Of a DNA stretch of 64,000 nucleotides, positions 28,312 through 37,766 are shown one piece after another (the stretch's first letter is position 1; the number at the start of each line of letters is the position of its first letter). The stretch spans positions 27,220 to 91,219 of the forward strand of contig SXZI01000063.1 of the NCBI GenBank assembly GCA_005788035.1, read 5' to 3'. The notes under the pieces were generated by a model. The model saw only the letters and a list, made by a program, of their open reading frames with translations, was not told where the DNA came from and did not search any database. Source of the stretch: Bacteroidota bacterium. GTDB taxonomy: Bacteria; Bacteroidota; Ignavibacteria; Kapaibacteriales; UBA961. Position numbers and translations under genes: made by a program.

Positions 28312-29109
28312 TTAAGGTGTGACAGGGCTTGGAGCAAATGTCCGTATTGAATATCGTATACCACATTGCGCTCTTATTCCCGCAATATTAAGATTAGCGT
28401 CTTTGAAAGCAGAAGAGAATGGAATATCGTATTGCAGAGAACCTGTTATATGCATAGAAGGGGATATTCTTATCATTGGTTCTAATCCAATCACGCCCCC
28501 TGCTTGCAATCCTGCAAATGAAGTTATGTCACCTGACGACAAAGTTCTTTGTTGAACTATTTGATTATTTACAATAAAACCAGCATTATCCGGACTAATA
28601 ATTGTGCCTTGTTGGGTATATGTACCACTCAAAGGCACACCAATTCTTAATCCCCCCAATAGTCTGATCGCATATGTATATCGCTCAAACATAATGTAGC
28701 GGGCATCTAATTGCGTTTCAAGAAACCTCATCGATGTTGCAATGGATTGCTCCATGACAACCTGCGTAAAACCATTTGAAGTTGAATTGTATCGTATGGG
28801 AAAAGATGAATTAGTTGAAAGTGCTCCACTTCTATCATGAAAACCAAGACCACAAACCACAGAAACTACATTTGATACTGGAAGTTCGAATTGAAAGCCG
28901 GCAGTCAGTCCATTACCGGTACCATTTGTAAATTTATCGCAAGATACTGTTCCTGAAAATTCCGTGAAATCAGCTGCATATGAGGTAGTTAAATATCCAC
29001 CATATACTTGCATACCATACAATTCGGTTTGGAGTAATTTATACTGTTGGGATAAGATACTTTGAGTTAAACACACAAATGTTGTTAGTATGACAAAAAC
29101 GAAGCGCAT
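28312..29109 (-). CDS. Putative outer-membrane beta-barrel protein.
   Basis: Signal peptide MRFVFVILTTFVCLTQSILSQQ. Alternating amphipathic beta-strand pattern with a C-terminal aromatic residue. An alternative start at 29151 exists. Confidence 0.4.
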   Translation of the reverse strand: MRFVFVILTTFVCLTQSILSQQYKLLQTELYGMQVYGGYLTTSYAADFTEFSGTVSCDKFTNGTGNGLTAGFQFELPVSNVVSVVCGLGFHDRSGALSTNSSFPIRYNSTSNGFTQVVMEQSIATSMRFLETQLDARYIMFERYTYAIRLLGGLRIGVPLSGTYTQQGTIISPDNAGFIVNNQIVQQRTLSSGDITSFAGLQAGGVIGLEPMIRISPSMHITGSLQYDIPFSSAFKDANLNIAGIRAQCGIRYSIRTFAPSPVTP

Positions 29110-29196
29110 TATGCAGAGAAGAGTATGAATAATAAAAGTTAATTTAGTCACTTTGCGGCATAGATTACATTGAATTTATACACATATCATAAGAAA

Positions 29197-30429
29197 TCAA
29201 GCAACGGGGGCACGCAATGTAATGAGAGTTATTTCCGGCCTTATTCCTATCCTAATAGGTGGTCCAACGGTACCTATTCCACGATTGACATATAGATAAT
29301 TACCATTTGATTTATATATTCCGGACCAATGTTGATAGACAAATTGTGCAGGACTGTATGATGAACCTAAATATTCAATACCTATTTGGCCGCCATGAGT
29401 ATGTCCGGACAATGTAAGATCAGCTAATTGCGATTCAGCAATCTGCATATCCCAATAAGTTGGGTCATGTGCCATCAAAATCACAGGAACATCTTTAGGT
29501 ACATTAATGAATGTCTTATCCAAATCTCCAAAACGTTGGTTGAATCCTGTATTATCTGTACCTGCAATGACAAGTTTAGATCCATTAACTACTATTGTTC
29601 TCGATTCATTAATCAACAAATCTACCTTTGATTTTCTTATCAATGAGAGAAGATATTCATGCTTATCTTCTGTCATATAGTGATCATGATTCCCTAATGA
29701 TCCATATACACCATGTTTTGCTTGTAATTGAGAAAACAATGGTACAAATGCGGCATATTCCTGAGGATCAAAGTTAACATAATCACCTGTAATAGCTATT
29801 ATGTCGGGTGACATTTGATTGATTGATTGAACTACTTCCTCAATGTACGTAGTGCCAAATAATGAACCTGTATGAATATCAGAGATTTGAATGATCTTAT
29901 ATCCATCAAATACTAATGATAGTCGAGGTATTATCAATTCCAATGTTCGGATTTCAATATCATAAATCGTATGAAATACGCCTTGAGCTGTACTAATGAA
30001 TGGAATTGAAGCAATACTGACACCTATAGAGTGAATCACCTTGCGTCTTTTTTCATCAATCGAGGAAACCTGAAGTTTATCTGAAGTCATTCTGGATTGA
30101 ATGAATGTTACAATTACTTTTATAACCTTGTAAATGCACAAGATCAAAGCAATAGGGTATTTTGGTAGATACCACAAAGCAATGGCAATTTGAGCTCCCC
30201 TTCCGGTTAGTAAATTGTTTCCCAACAACAGGCGTTCGATTGTAGTCAAGACCAAAACAATGAGCATGATAAACGAAGTGTGTTTGTACAGTCTCAGAAC
30301 TTTTGAAAACCAAGCTCCATAGAATGCTTCATACTTCTTTATTGTTCTAAAGAGATAGAAATCTACCCCACCTTGAATGGCAATAAGCACAAACAAGAAT
30401 ATGATTAGCCTCTTAATGTCAGGAGTCAT
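29197..30429 (-). CDS. Membrane-anchored calcineurin-like metallophosphoesterase.
   Basis: Several N-terminal TM helices. Metallophosphatase motifs GDYV, GNHD and GHTH. Confidence 0.7.
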   Translation of the reverse strand: MTPDIKRLIIFLFVLIAIQGGVDFYLFRTIKKYEAFYGAWFSKVLRLYKHTSFIMLIVLVLTTIERLLLGNNLLTGRGAQIAIALWYLPKYPIALILCIYKVIKVIVTFIQSRMTSDKLQVSSIDEKRRKVIHSIGVSIASIPFISTAQGVFHTIYDIEIRTLELIIPRLSLVFDGYKIIQISDIHTGSLFGTTYIEEVVQSINQMSPDIIAITGDYVNFDPQEYAAFVPLFSQLQAKHGVYGSLGNHDHYMTEDKHEYLLSLIRKSKVDLLINESRTIVVNGSKLVIAGTDNTGFNQRFGDLDKTFINVPKDVPVILMAHDPTYWDMQIAESQLADLTLSGHTHGGQIGIEYLGSSYSPAQFVYQHWSGIYKSNGNYLYVNRGIGTVGPPIRIGIRPEITLITLRAPVA

Positions 30430-30459
30430 TGAATACTGTGATTACACATACAAATATGT

Positions 30460-33400
30460 CTATTTATCCGTTTTAGGGTATAATAATGTCTGATTCCAAT
30501 ATTGACCTTGTAATGTTATTGCATACATGCCAATATTCATAGGAGGAAGTTTTACAAAATATTGTTCTCCCGAACGCATGGTGATTTGCTCATCATGTAT
30601 CGTTCTACCATCTATAGTAGTAATTCTGCAATGCATCGTTTCATTAAATGCTGAACGTAGATGAATCATATTTTCAATGATAATACATTGATAGGTTGGA
30701 AGAGCATTAATAGGCCTATATGTCCAAGCACAACCTGACATGTAAGGAATTGTACAATCTTGTAATTGGACATCGGCGCAATTCATATCCTGTTCAGCAA
30801 GTTTCAATTTGTAGGTATTTGATGTTCTTACATCATGTGGCAATAAAGGATTGAGTTGTAATTCAATTACAGAACTTTCTTGCTTTGTATTTTCAATATC
30901 TAGAAGGTATTCTCCGGTCCGTGATGGAAGTTGCTTTGCAATAACAGAACCTGACTTTATACTATGTGATTCAATTATTCCGGAAGTGGAGTCATATTCA
31001 ATAGCGAGCTTTATTTTAAAGGAGTAAGAAGGTAGGTTCAGCATAATCGGAAAACGAATACCAGGAATCATTTCTCCTGTAAAGGAAAGCGCTATCGGTA
31101 TATTAAGTGGATCTTTAACATTTATCGCCATTTCATCTGTTGCAGAGCAAAGACCATTTGAACCCGTTAACTTTACTATTATAGATTTCTTTGCATTCCT
31201 GAAAATAATTTTGTTATTGGATAGTGTATCAAATGCTTCATTGCTTTCCCAAAGGTATTGCAGCCCGCCATTTGCATTCAATTCAATATCATTACCCTTA
31301 CAAATCACTGTATCAACCGGAAGTGTAACAAGTGGTATATCTTCAACTTTTATATAGACTGAATCAGCAGATTCGCAACCATTTCTATCTCCGTTCACAA
31401 TGATCATGCCGGAAGATTTTGGCAGAATGGTAATTGAATCTTTCGATGTTGAGAGAACATTGCAATCTCCAACAACCTTCACATTAGAAGAAGGAAATAG
31501 CTGTATTACTACGTTGGAATTTCTACATACAATTGTATCTGAAGAACGGATAATTGGTAATTGTTTTTGAACTTTTACAAGTATGCTGTCAATGCTCGAT
31601 TTACAACCATCTTTGATACCCAAAAAAGAGAAGTATGTATCCATTGTTGGTTGAACGAGTAATTGATCTCCATTTTTGGACAATATTGACGGATGATCAA
31701 CCCATTCATACGTATCAGCTCCTGTTGCCTTCAATGAAGCTGTTTTGCCCAAACAGATTAAAGTGTCACCAATTACAGATATTGTTGGTTGGGGCTTAAG
31801 CGTAACAAATACACTATCCAAAACCTCGCAAGCACCATTGGAGCCTCGAACATAATACAAAGTAGAGGCATTGGGTTGAATAGAAATTTGATCACCTGTA
31901 CCAATATCGCCTAATTGACTTGTAAACCAAGAATATGAAGTAGCCCCGGTTGCTTTCAACAGGATTGAGTCTCCCTTACATACGGCAAGGTCTTGCCCGG
32001 CATCTAATGCCGGTAAAGGTAGAATGCGAATAGTAATTGAATCCGATCCTGTACAATTGCCGTTTTTTGCTTCAACATAATATGTAGTGGTTTGATTAGG
32101 GGAAAAAACAGGTTGAGATGACAATGTATCATCAATGCCATTAGGTGGATACCACCTATATGTTTGCCCGCCGGATGGTTTGATTCTAATTGGCTTTCCA
32201 GGACAAGTTGATGTATCGGAAGGCAGTGCAATTTCCAATTTATCTGCAACGGTAACATTCATGGTATCGCGAGAAGTGCATCCAGAAGAAGATGTAATTG
32301 TCAAAACATATTGCATTGAAGAAGTTGGTGTGCATGAGGGCGTTGGGCTTTTGGGATTATTCAAAAACGTAGTAGGAGACCATGAATATGAAGCCCCATT
32401 TTGAAATCCTGAACCTAAATTAATTGACTCACCGGGACAAGTAGATTGATCTTTACCAGCATCTGCAATAACAGCATCAACAACATTCACAGTTACAAAT
32501 GCAGTATCTATACAAAGTCCACTCGATACTATTACGCCATATATTGTGTTCTTATCCGGTCTGACAAGTGGGGAAGATGAAGATGTGTCTGATATATTAC
32601 TACCTTGAAACCATCTATATGTACTGCCTCCGAATGCCCTCAATTGCAGTGCATCTCCTCTACAAATAGTTGTATCAGCAGAGGTAGTTGCCGTGAGTGT
32701 ATTTTCTATCCTGACGAGCACCGTATCATAAGCTATGCAACCATAATCATTTGTTACTTTGACAATGAATGGAAAATTATTGGTTGGCGGTGAAGCGATA
32801 GTCTTTGATAGATTTGGATTTGAAACATATTGTTGAGGAGACCAGACATAAGTATATCCAGATTTTGGCTTAGATCCAATTTCTACACTACCTCCTGGAC
32901 ATGTAACTTTATCTGAACCAGCATCAGCTATTGGAAAAGGAACAACATCCACTCTTATAGGAATAGTATCAGAACAAACATTGTTTGATGCAACTAAAAA
33001 ATAAGTTGTAGATGAATCAGGGCTTGCAATAGGATTTGATATTGTTGTTGAAGATAGTCCATATGAAGGGAACCAGGAATATCTACTTGCTCCAAAAGCT
33101 TTTAACTGGACTTTTCCACCTTTACAAATGCTTGTTGGGACTTCATAAGTCACCGATACAGGAGGAAGTAGGCTAACGTGATATTGCTGTTTTATTTGAC
33201 ATCCAAATGGATTAGTAACAAAAACAGTATATGTGGTTGGCTGTGTTGGTTTTGCAATTGGATTTGCAATCATTGGATTGCTCAAACCTACAGATGGAGT
33301 CCATGAATATGTATATCCGGGTAATGATGGTGGACCAATCGTTATACCTGAACTAGGACATGCAAGAACTGAATCGCTACTTACCGCAAGATTATAGTCA

Positions 33401-34509
33401 ATCACCGAAGGTAATCCCAGAACGGTTCTACCCATATGATTCAACACATTGATTGAATATCCAATATCAGGACCGGGCATATTTGGTTTATTGATAACAT
33501 CCAATTGGCTTGGTACATCTGAGATAGCATATATCTTTCCATCTGGTCCTAATTGCAGACCGAATAATTTTCTGGTTCCGAGTGGTAAAGTCCACATTGA
33601 AGTGGCAATAGCAGCTTCGTTATTTTGAGATAAATCAAATTGAAACAATGCTGATTCTGAAGATCGTTGTTTATCCAATGTCCCTGAAGTAAATAACTTA
33701 TTACTATTCGGAGAAAATGCAGCTCCATAATTTCCATAACACTTGTTTTTGGCTATGAATTTAGGGCTTGTTGCCTGGCCTGTTTGCAAGTTGAAATCAA
33801 AAAGAACAATTGTTTGCAAATAGCTATTTCCATCGGCTTCAGATACAACAACAAGTTTAGATCCATCCGGTGATACTTTCATTGCTCCCACATTATAGAA
33901 ATTATTCAGATTACTATATGTTGAAACAACAGGATTGGTTGAAACACCCCCCGCGGTAACTTTATATGCAAGAATTCTCGATTGAGATTTATGATGATAG
34001 AGAACCCAGTATGTATTGTCGGCACAATGATATGTCCCGGCAATTTTTTCTGACATATTATCCTGGAGGACAACATTTGTCAAAAGCATAGAAGGTGCGC
34101 CTTCCAAACTTATGTGGGAATAGAATGACTTCGTTTCAGTTGCTCCAATACCTGTGAGATCAGGAGCAGTAAAAAGATAGACTCTCTGTGGATTAGCTGG
34201 ATCAGGAATGAAAATGCAACATTGGGTTGAGGAAATTCCACTTTTTATTGCATCACCGCCGGGAACTATAGTTCCATCTGCTTGATATAATTTTCTACCA
34301 TCTGAGTATAAAAGTGGATTTCCTGTTGCTGGATCGGAATGTACTGCACAACCTTCCCATGTATCCAATTTTCCTGTAATAGGTGTGGCAACTGCATTAT
34401 TGAATCTCAAACCACCAAATTTCCCAAAATACCATGTTTGATTCGGGGATTGTTGGCCAAGCAGTGTAGAAATACAAATGAGAAATATGGCAATGAACAA
34501 CTGCACCAT
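30460..34509 (-). CDS. Giant (1349 aa) secreted T9SS cargo protein with an N-terminal propeller-like region and about 10 tandem Cys-containing Ig/PKD-like repeats.
   Basis: Signal peptide. Repeating unit ...C.G..V.L.A.G...Y.W.P..GLS....P.A.P...TTY.V...N..C...D.V.V.V... (e.g. YTYSWTPSVGLSNPMIANPIAKP, YSWFPSYGLSSTTISNPIASP). C-terminal Por-type CTD ...GMYAITLQGQYWNQTLLYPKTDK. Confidence 0.7.
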   Translation of the reverse strand: MVQLFIAIFLICISTLLGQQSPNQTWYFGKFGGLRFNNAVATPITGKLDTWEGCAVHSDPATGNPLLYSDGRKLYQADGTIVPGGDAIKSGISSTQCCIFIPDPANPQRVYLFTAPDLTGIGATETKSFYSHISLEGAPSMLLTNVVLQDNMSEKIAGTYHCADNTYWVLYHHKSQSRILAYKVTAGGVSTNPVVSTYSNLNNFYNVGAMKVSPDGSKLVVVSEADGNSYLQTIVLFDFNLQTGQATSPKFIAKNKCYGNYGAAFSPNSNKLFTSGTLDKQRSSESALFQFDLSQNNEAAIATSMWTLPLGTRKLFGLQLGPDGKIYAISDVPSQLDVINKPNMPGPDIGYSINVLNHMGRTVLGLPSVIDYNLAVSSDSVLACPSSGITIGPPSLPGYTYSWTPSVGLSNPMIANPIAKPTQPTTYTVFVTNPFGCQIKQQYHVSLLPPVSVTYEVPTSICKGGKVQLKAFGASRYSWFPSYGLSSTTISNPIASPDSSTTYFLVASNNVCSDTIPIRVDVVPFPIADAGSDKVTCPGGSVEIGSKPKSGYTYVWSPQQYVSNPNLSKTIASPPTNNFPFIVKVTNDYGCIAYDTVLVRIENTLTATTSADTTICRGDALQLRAFGGSTYRWFQGSNISDTSSSSPLVRPDKNTIYGVIVSSGLCIDTAFVTVNVVDAVIADAGKDQSTCPGESINLGSGFQNGASYSWSPTTFLNNPKSPTPSCTPTSSMQYVLTITSSSGCTSRDTMNVTVADKLEIALPSDTSTCPGKPIRIKPSGGQTYRWYPPNGIDDTLSSQPVFSPNQTTTYYVEAKNGNCTGSDSITIRILPLPALDAGQDLAVCKGDSILLKATGATSYSWFTSQLGDIGTGDQISIQPNASTLYYVRGSNGACEVLDSVFVTLKPQPTISVIGDTLICLGKTASLKATGADTYEWVDHPSILSKNGDQLLVQPTMDTYFSFLGIKDGCKSSIDSILVKVQKQLPIIRSSDTIVCRNSNVVIQLFPSSNVKVVGDCNVLSTSKDSITILPKSSGMIIVNGDRNGCESADSVYIKVEDIPLVTLPVDTVICKGNDIELNANGGLQYLWESNEAFDTLSNNKIIFRNAKKSIIVKLTGSNGLCSATDEMAINVKDPLNIPIALSFTGEMIPGIRFPIMLNLPSYSFKIKLAIEYDSTSGIIESHSIKSGSVIAKQLPSRTGEYLLDIENTKQESSVIELQLNPLLPHDVRTSNTYKLKLAEQDMNCADVQLQDCTIPYMSGCAWTYRPINALPTYQCIIIENMIHLRSAFNETMHCRITTIDGRTIHDEQITMRSGEQYFVKLPPMNIGMYAITLQGQYWNQTLLYPKTDK

Positions 34510-34564
34510 TTTTGCTCCAGTTTTTTTGTATAAAATACAAAAATCTTGAGGTGTATAATGAAGG

Positions 34565-35686
34565 TTATTTTGTTTGAGGGTAGAATACTAATAAATCATC
34601 GGGGATTTGGATCTCGGCCAATTCAGCTACCTGTATAAAATCCACTGGCGGGGGTTGTTCAAAAAGGAGATGTTCTTGTGTAATTGGATGTTGAAAACCC
34701 AGAATCCTTGCATGAAGTGCTTGTCTTTTCATGATTTCAAGGCATTCCTGAGCCTTTCTTTTCAAAGCTGTAGACTTTATTCCGGTATAAGCAATAGCAT
34801 TTCCTCCATATGAGACATCGCCAATCAATGGATGATGTATGCTCGAACAATGGACTCTTATCTGATGTGTTCTTCCTGTATGAAGTTTTACTTGAAGAAG
34901 GGAAGCGAAATGCCCCCTTGATCGTGTTACATATTCAGTTTTTGCTATTTTCCCCCCTTTATTTACCACAGAAAATATTTTTCGGTTTCTCGGCGAGGGA
35001 GCTAGCTGATTTTCTATTATATCATGATCTTTTTTTACGATTCCCCATGCCAATGCAACATATTCTCTTTGCACTGTTCTATCTGCAAATTGTTTAGTGA
35101 GTTGGGGTGTAATTGAACTTTGTTTTGATATAACCATTAAACCCGAAGTATCCTTATCCAATCTATGAACGATACCAGGTCGGAGTATATCATCACTTAT
35201 ATTGACAGCATCAATGAAATCATCTACAGGTAATGATATCTCTGATTCATCTTCTTCTTCGCTATATCCAAGCAGTGGTATAGCTTCTCGATGTCCAATA
35301 TGCCAAAGAACCGCATTGACCAATGTCCCATACCTGTTTCCAAAACCTGGATGGACAACAAGTCCTGCAGGTTTATTGATGACAAGTAAATATTCATCTT
35401 CATATAATATTGAGAGAGGAATATCTTCTGGAAGCAATTCCAATGGTGGTGGGCGCATAAATACACAGGTGATTACATCTCCCGGTTTAACTTTGTATGA
35501 ACCCTTTCTAGCAATACCATCTACATGCACTTGCTCATTGTCAATAGCAAGCTGAACCTTGTTACGAGTTGCATTTGCAATGGCATTGGTTATATATACA
35601 TCGAGTCTTATTGGTTCTTGACCTTTGGATACGATGAGTTCAATTGTCTTTTCAACATAATCAGGATATTGATTATTACTGTCCAC
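34565..35686 (-). CDS. rluD: RluA-family 23S rRNA pseudouridine synthase (RluD-like) with an S4 domain.
   Basis: S4 N-terminus. Catalytic HRLDKDTSGLMV motif. Confidence 0.8.
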   Translation of the reverse strand: MDSNNQYPDYVEKTIELIVSKGQEPIRLDVYITNAIANATRNKVQLAIDNEQVHVDGIARKGSYKVKPGDVITCVFMRPPPLELLPEDIPLSILYEDEYLLVINKPAGLVVHPGFGNRYGTLVNAVLWHIGHREAIPLLGYSEEEDESEISLPVDDFIDAVNISDDILRPGIVHRLDKDTSGLMVISKQSSITPQLTKQFADRTVQREYVALAWGIVKKDHDIIENQLAPSPRNRKIFSVVNKGGKIAKTEYVTRSRGHFASLLQVKLHTGRTHQIRVHCSSIHHPLIGDVSYGGNAIAYTGIKSTALKRKAQECLEIMKRQALHARILGFQHPITQEHLLFEQPPPVDFIQVAELAEIQIPDDLLVFYPQTK

Positions 35687-36290
35687 CTTGCTCCTTGATT
35701 TCTAAATTTGGCGGTTTAGCCGTAAATGGATAAGGTAGATGCTTATTGAACAAGATGAGCAAAATCATGCCTGATGTAACACATGAATCGGCTACGTTAA
35801 ATACTGGCCAATGAGTGTAGGTCAAAGTTCCTATTGTTATATCGGGTATGTCGATTTGTATAAAATCCACCACCAACCCATAGAACAGAGGACCCTCTTC
35901 ATATAGTACACCGTAAAACATTCGATCAATAAAGTTTCCGAATGCGCCGGCCAGAATAAGCATTATTGCAATGCGTATCCATCTATTGGCATTACTGATA
36001 ACTCTGAGATAATACGCCAAAGCAAATGAAGCAACTAGTGAAAATAATGTTAAGACTATTTTCCCTGAACCAAACTCGACTCCAAAAGCCATTCCTGGAT
36101 TTTCAACAAAAGTTATGCGAACAATTTCACCAAATACAGGGAAGCTCTCGCCTAAATGCATGCCTTCATGGTGAAAACCAAAGAGATTATATCCCTTAAC
36201 AGCTACCTTTGTGATCTGGTCAATTAGAACAAGTACAAAAGCCGCTATAAGATATGATAATGTTTGCCCGGATGTGGACTGCCGAATCAT
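35676..36290 (-). CDS. lspA: Lipoprotein signal peptidase (signal peptidase II).
   Basis: Four TM helices. Conserved FNVADS and catalytic Asp regions. Confidence 0.8.
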   Translation of the reverse strand: MIRQSTSGQTLSYLIAAFVLVLIDQITKVAVKGYNLFGFHHEGMHLGESFPVFGEIVRITFVENPGMAFGVEFGSGKIVLTLFSLVASFALAYYLRVISNANRWIRIAIMLILAGAFGNFIDRMFYGVLYEEGPLFYGLVVDFIQIDIPDITIGTLTYTHWPVFNVADSCVTSGMILLILFNKHLPYPFTAKPPNLEIKEQGGQ

Positions 36291-37273
36291 TCATTTCTAC
36301 CGGAAATTATATCAACTCCGTTTGCAGGACATCTTCCATGTATCTTAAATGAAGCCGATTGAGTCGTAATTGGAACAGCAAGCAGACGGGCCTTAGCAAT
36401 GAGAATATTACATTCTTTACAAATACCATATGTTTTATCATCAATGCGCTTTAATGCATCATCAAGTTTCTTGATATAATCAATGATTCTATTCATCTGA
36501 GCATATGTCTTTTCCTTTTCAAGTGCTTCAGAACCTTGCTCAGCCATGTGTACTGAATAAATCATTGTTTCAGAAGCCAACTCTGCATTTGTAAGATCCT
36601 CCAAACGCTCTCTGAGCATACGCATTTCATCCAAAGCATCTTCTTTGATCTTCAATATATGTTGCTTGAACATCTTGAGATCAGATTCTGAATAACGAAC
36701 CTTCTTTTTGGATGGGATGATTATTGGTTTTTCCTCTTTTGGTCGCATCGCAAATGCAGCAGCTCCTTTTCCTTCTGGCATTTTCATAGCCTCGAGGCCA
36801 GCAGCAGTTGGTTTTTCCGAAGCCTTATTACCAGACTTGGATCTACCGGCCGGCTTCTTCTCTTGAAGATTCAGTTGAAGAGGTGGCATTGGAATTCCCA
36901 AATCAATTATTGGTTCATCCGGTATAGGCATCACTTCTGGCTGTGCTGCTTTGCCTTTCTTTGTTTCTTCGGACTTTACATTTTTTTCAGATTTTGAACT
37001 TGCTTTTTCTTTTAGGGGCATAATGCTCTTTTGATCAGCAGCCTTATTTGGCTTGACCGTAGCTTTTGTTTTTGTGGTGACTGGCGGCTTTGAAGTAGAA
37101 ATACCTTTCTTTGAAACAGAAAGCGAAGCCGATTGCTTCGGAGTTGCCGATTTGGCACTCTTAACAATTGGCTTCGCTTGTTTTTTTCCGGCTTTGGCTG
37201 AAACAGCCGCCGAAGATGACTTCGCAACCTTTTTAGATGAAACAGGAGACTTGCCGACAATTGTTTTTGCCAA
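36287..37273 (-). CDS. DksA/TraR-family protein with a roughly 250-aa Lys/Ala/Ser/Pro-rich histone-H1-like N-terminal extension.
   Basis: C-terminal coiled-coil plus CKECN(x17) finger region. The second Cys pair is replaced (SASF...HGRC), so the zinc finger is degenerate. The N-terminal two-thirds are basic low-complexity (KKVAKSSSAAVSAKAGKKQAKPIVK...). Confidence 0.6.
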   Translation of the reverse strand: MAKTIVGKSPVSSKKVAKSSSAAVSAKAGKKQAKPIVKSAKSATPKQSASLSVSKKGISTSKPPVTTKTKATVKPNKAADQKSIMPLKEKASSKSEKNVKSEETKKGKAAQPEVMPIPDEPIIDLGIPMPPLQLNLQEKKPAGRSKSGNKASEKPTAAGLEAMKMPEGKGAAAFAMRPKEEKPIIIPSKKKVRYSESDLKMFKQHILKIKEDALDEMRMLRERLEDLTNAELASETMIYSVHMAEQGSEALEKEKTYAQMNRIIDYIKKLDDALKRIDDKTYGICKECNILIAKARLLAVPITTQSASFKIHGRCPANGVDIISGRNE

Positions 37274-37329
37274 TGGCTTTACCTGCTTCTTGGTTGTGAC
37301 TTTAGCAGATTTCGGTCCTTTACTAGGAC

Positions 37330-37698
37330 TTACTTTTTTTTTACGGCTGCTTTCTTAGCTGCCGGTCTTGCTGCTTTTTTTGCTGCCGGCTTTGCTGCTT
37401 TCTTAGCTGCCGGTTTTGCCGCTACTTTCTTTGCTGCCGGCTTTGCTGCTTTCTTTGCTGCCGGCTTTGCTGCTTTTTTTGCTGCTGGTTTTGCAGCTTT
37501 CTTAGCAGCTGGTTTTGCTGCTTTCTTTACTGCGGGCTTCGCAGCTTTCTTTGCTGCAGGTTTCGCAGCTTTCTTAGCAGCTGGTTTAGCTGCTTTCTTA
37601 ACAGCTGGTTTAGCTGCTTTCTTGGCAGCTGGTTTAGCCGCTTTCTTAGCAGCTGGTTTAGCCGCTTTCTTTGCTGCGGGTTTCTTAGTTGAGGCCAT
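37330..37698 (-). CDS. Histone H1 / AlgP-like basic repeat protein (about 13 AAKKAAKP units).
   Basis: MASTKKPAAKKAAKPAAKKAAKP.... Near-perfect 8-aa tandem repeats encoded by 24-bp DNA repeats. Own promoter element upstream. Confidence 0.6.
   Translation of the reverse strand: MASTKKPAAKKAAKPAAKKAAKPAAKKAAKPAVKKAAKPAAKKAAKPAAKKAAKPAVKKAAKPAAKKAAKPAAKKAAKPAAKKAAKPAAKKVAAKPAAKKAAKPAAKKAARPAAKKAAVKKK
37350..37685 (-). repeat. Coding tandem repeat, 24-bp unit (GCTGCCGGCTTTGCTGCTTTCTTT-like) in about 13-14 copies.
   Basis: Direct 24-nt periodicity visible in the sequence. In-frame with the H1-like CDS. Confidence 0.8.
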
Positions 37699-37728
37699 AC
37701 AGCATACACCTTAAATAATAAAACAAAA

Positions 37729-37736
37729 CAAAACTA
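37729..37736 (-). promoter_or_regulatory. Candidate -7 element (TAGTTTTG on the minus strand) for the H1-like/dksA/lspA/rluD transcription unit.
   Basis: Plus-strand CAAAACTA lies about 30 nt upstream of the H1-like ATG and matches TAnnTTTG on the coding strand. Confidence 0.3.
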
Positions 37737-37766
37737 AATGCGGGATGCATTTATTTTTTCTGTTAC

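Noticed and set aside
37350-37685. A 24-bp tandem repeat array that could be mistaken for a CRISPR-like or non-coding satellite repeat.
   Set aside because: Units are contiguous without spacers and in-frame within an ATG-to-stop ORF encoding a coherent AAKKAAKP repeat protein. It is a coding repeat, not a CRISPR array.
37012-37709. Track ORFs 37012-37260 (-), 37053-37358 (+) and 37527-37709 (-), which overlap the H1-like and dksA-like genes in other frames.
   Set aside because: These are alternative-frame artefacts of Lys/Ala/Pro codon repeats (they translate to QRK/LNQL or hydrophobic nonsense). The reading frames giving the DksA fold and the AAKKAAKP repeats are the coherent ones.
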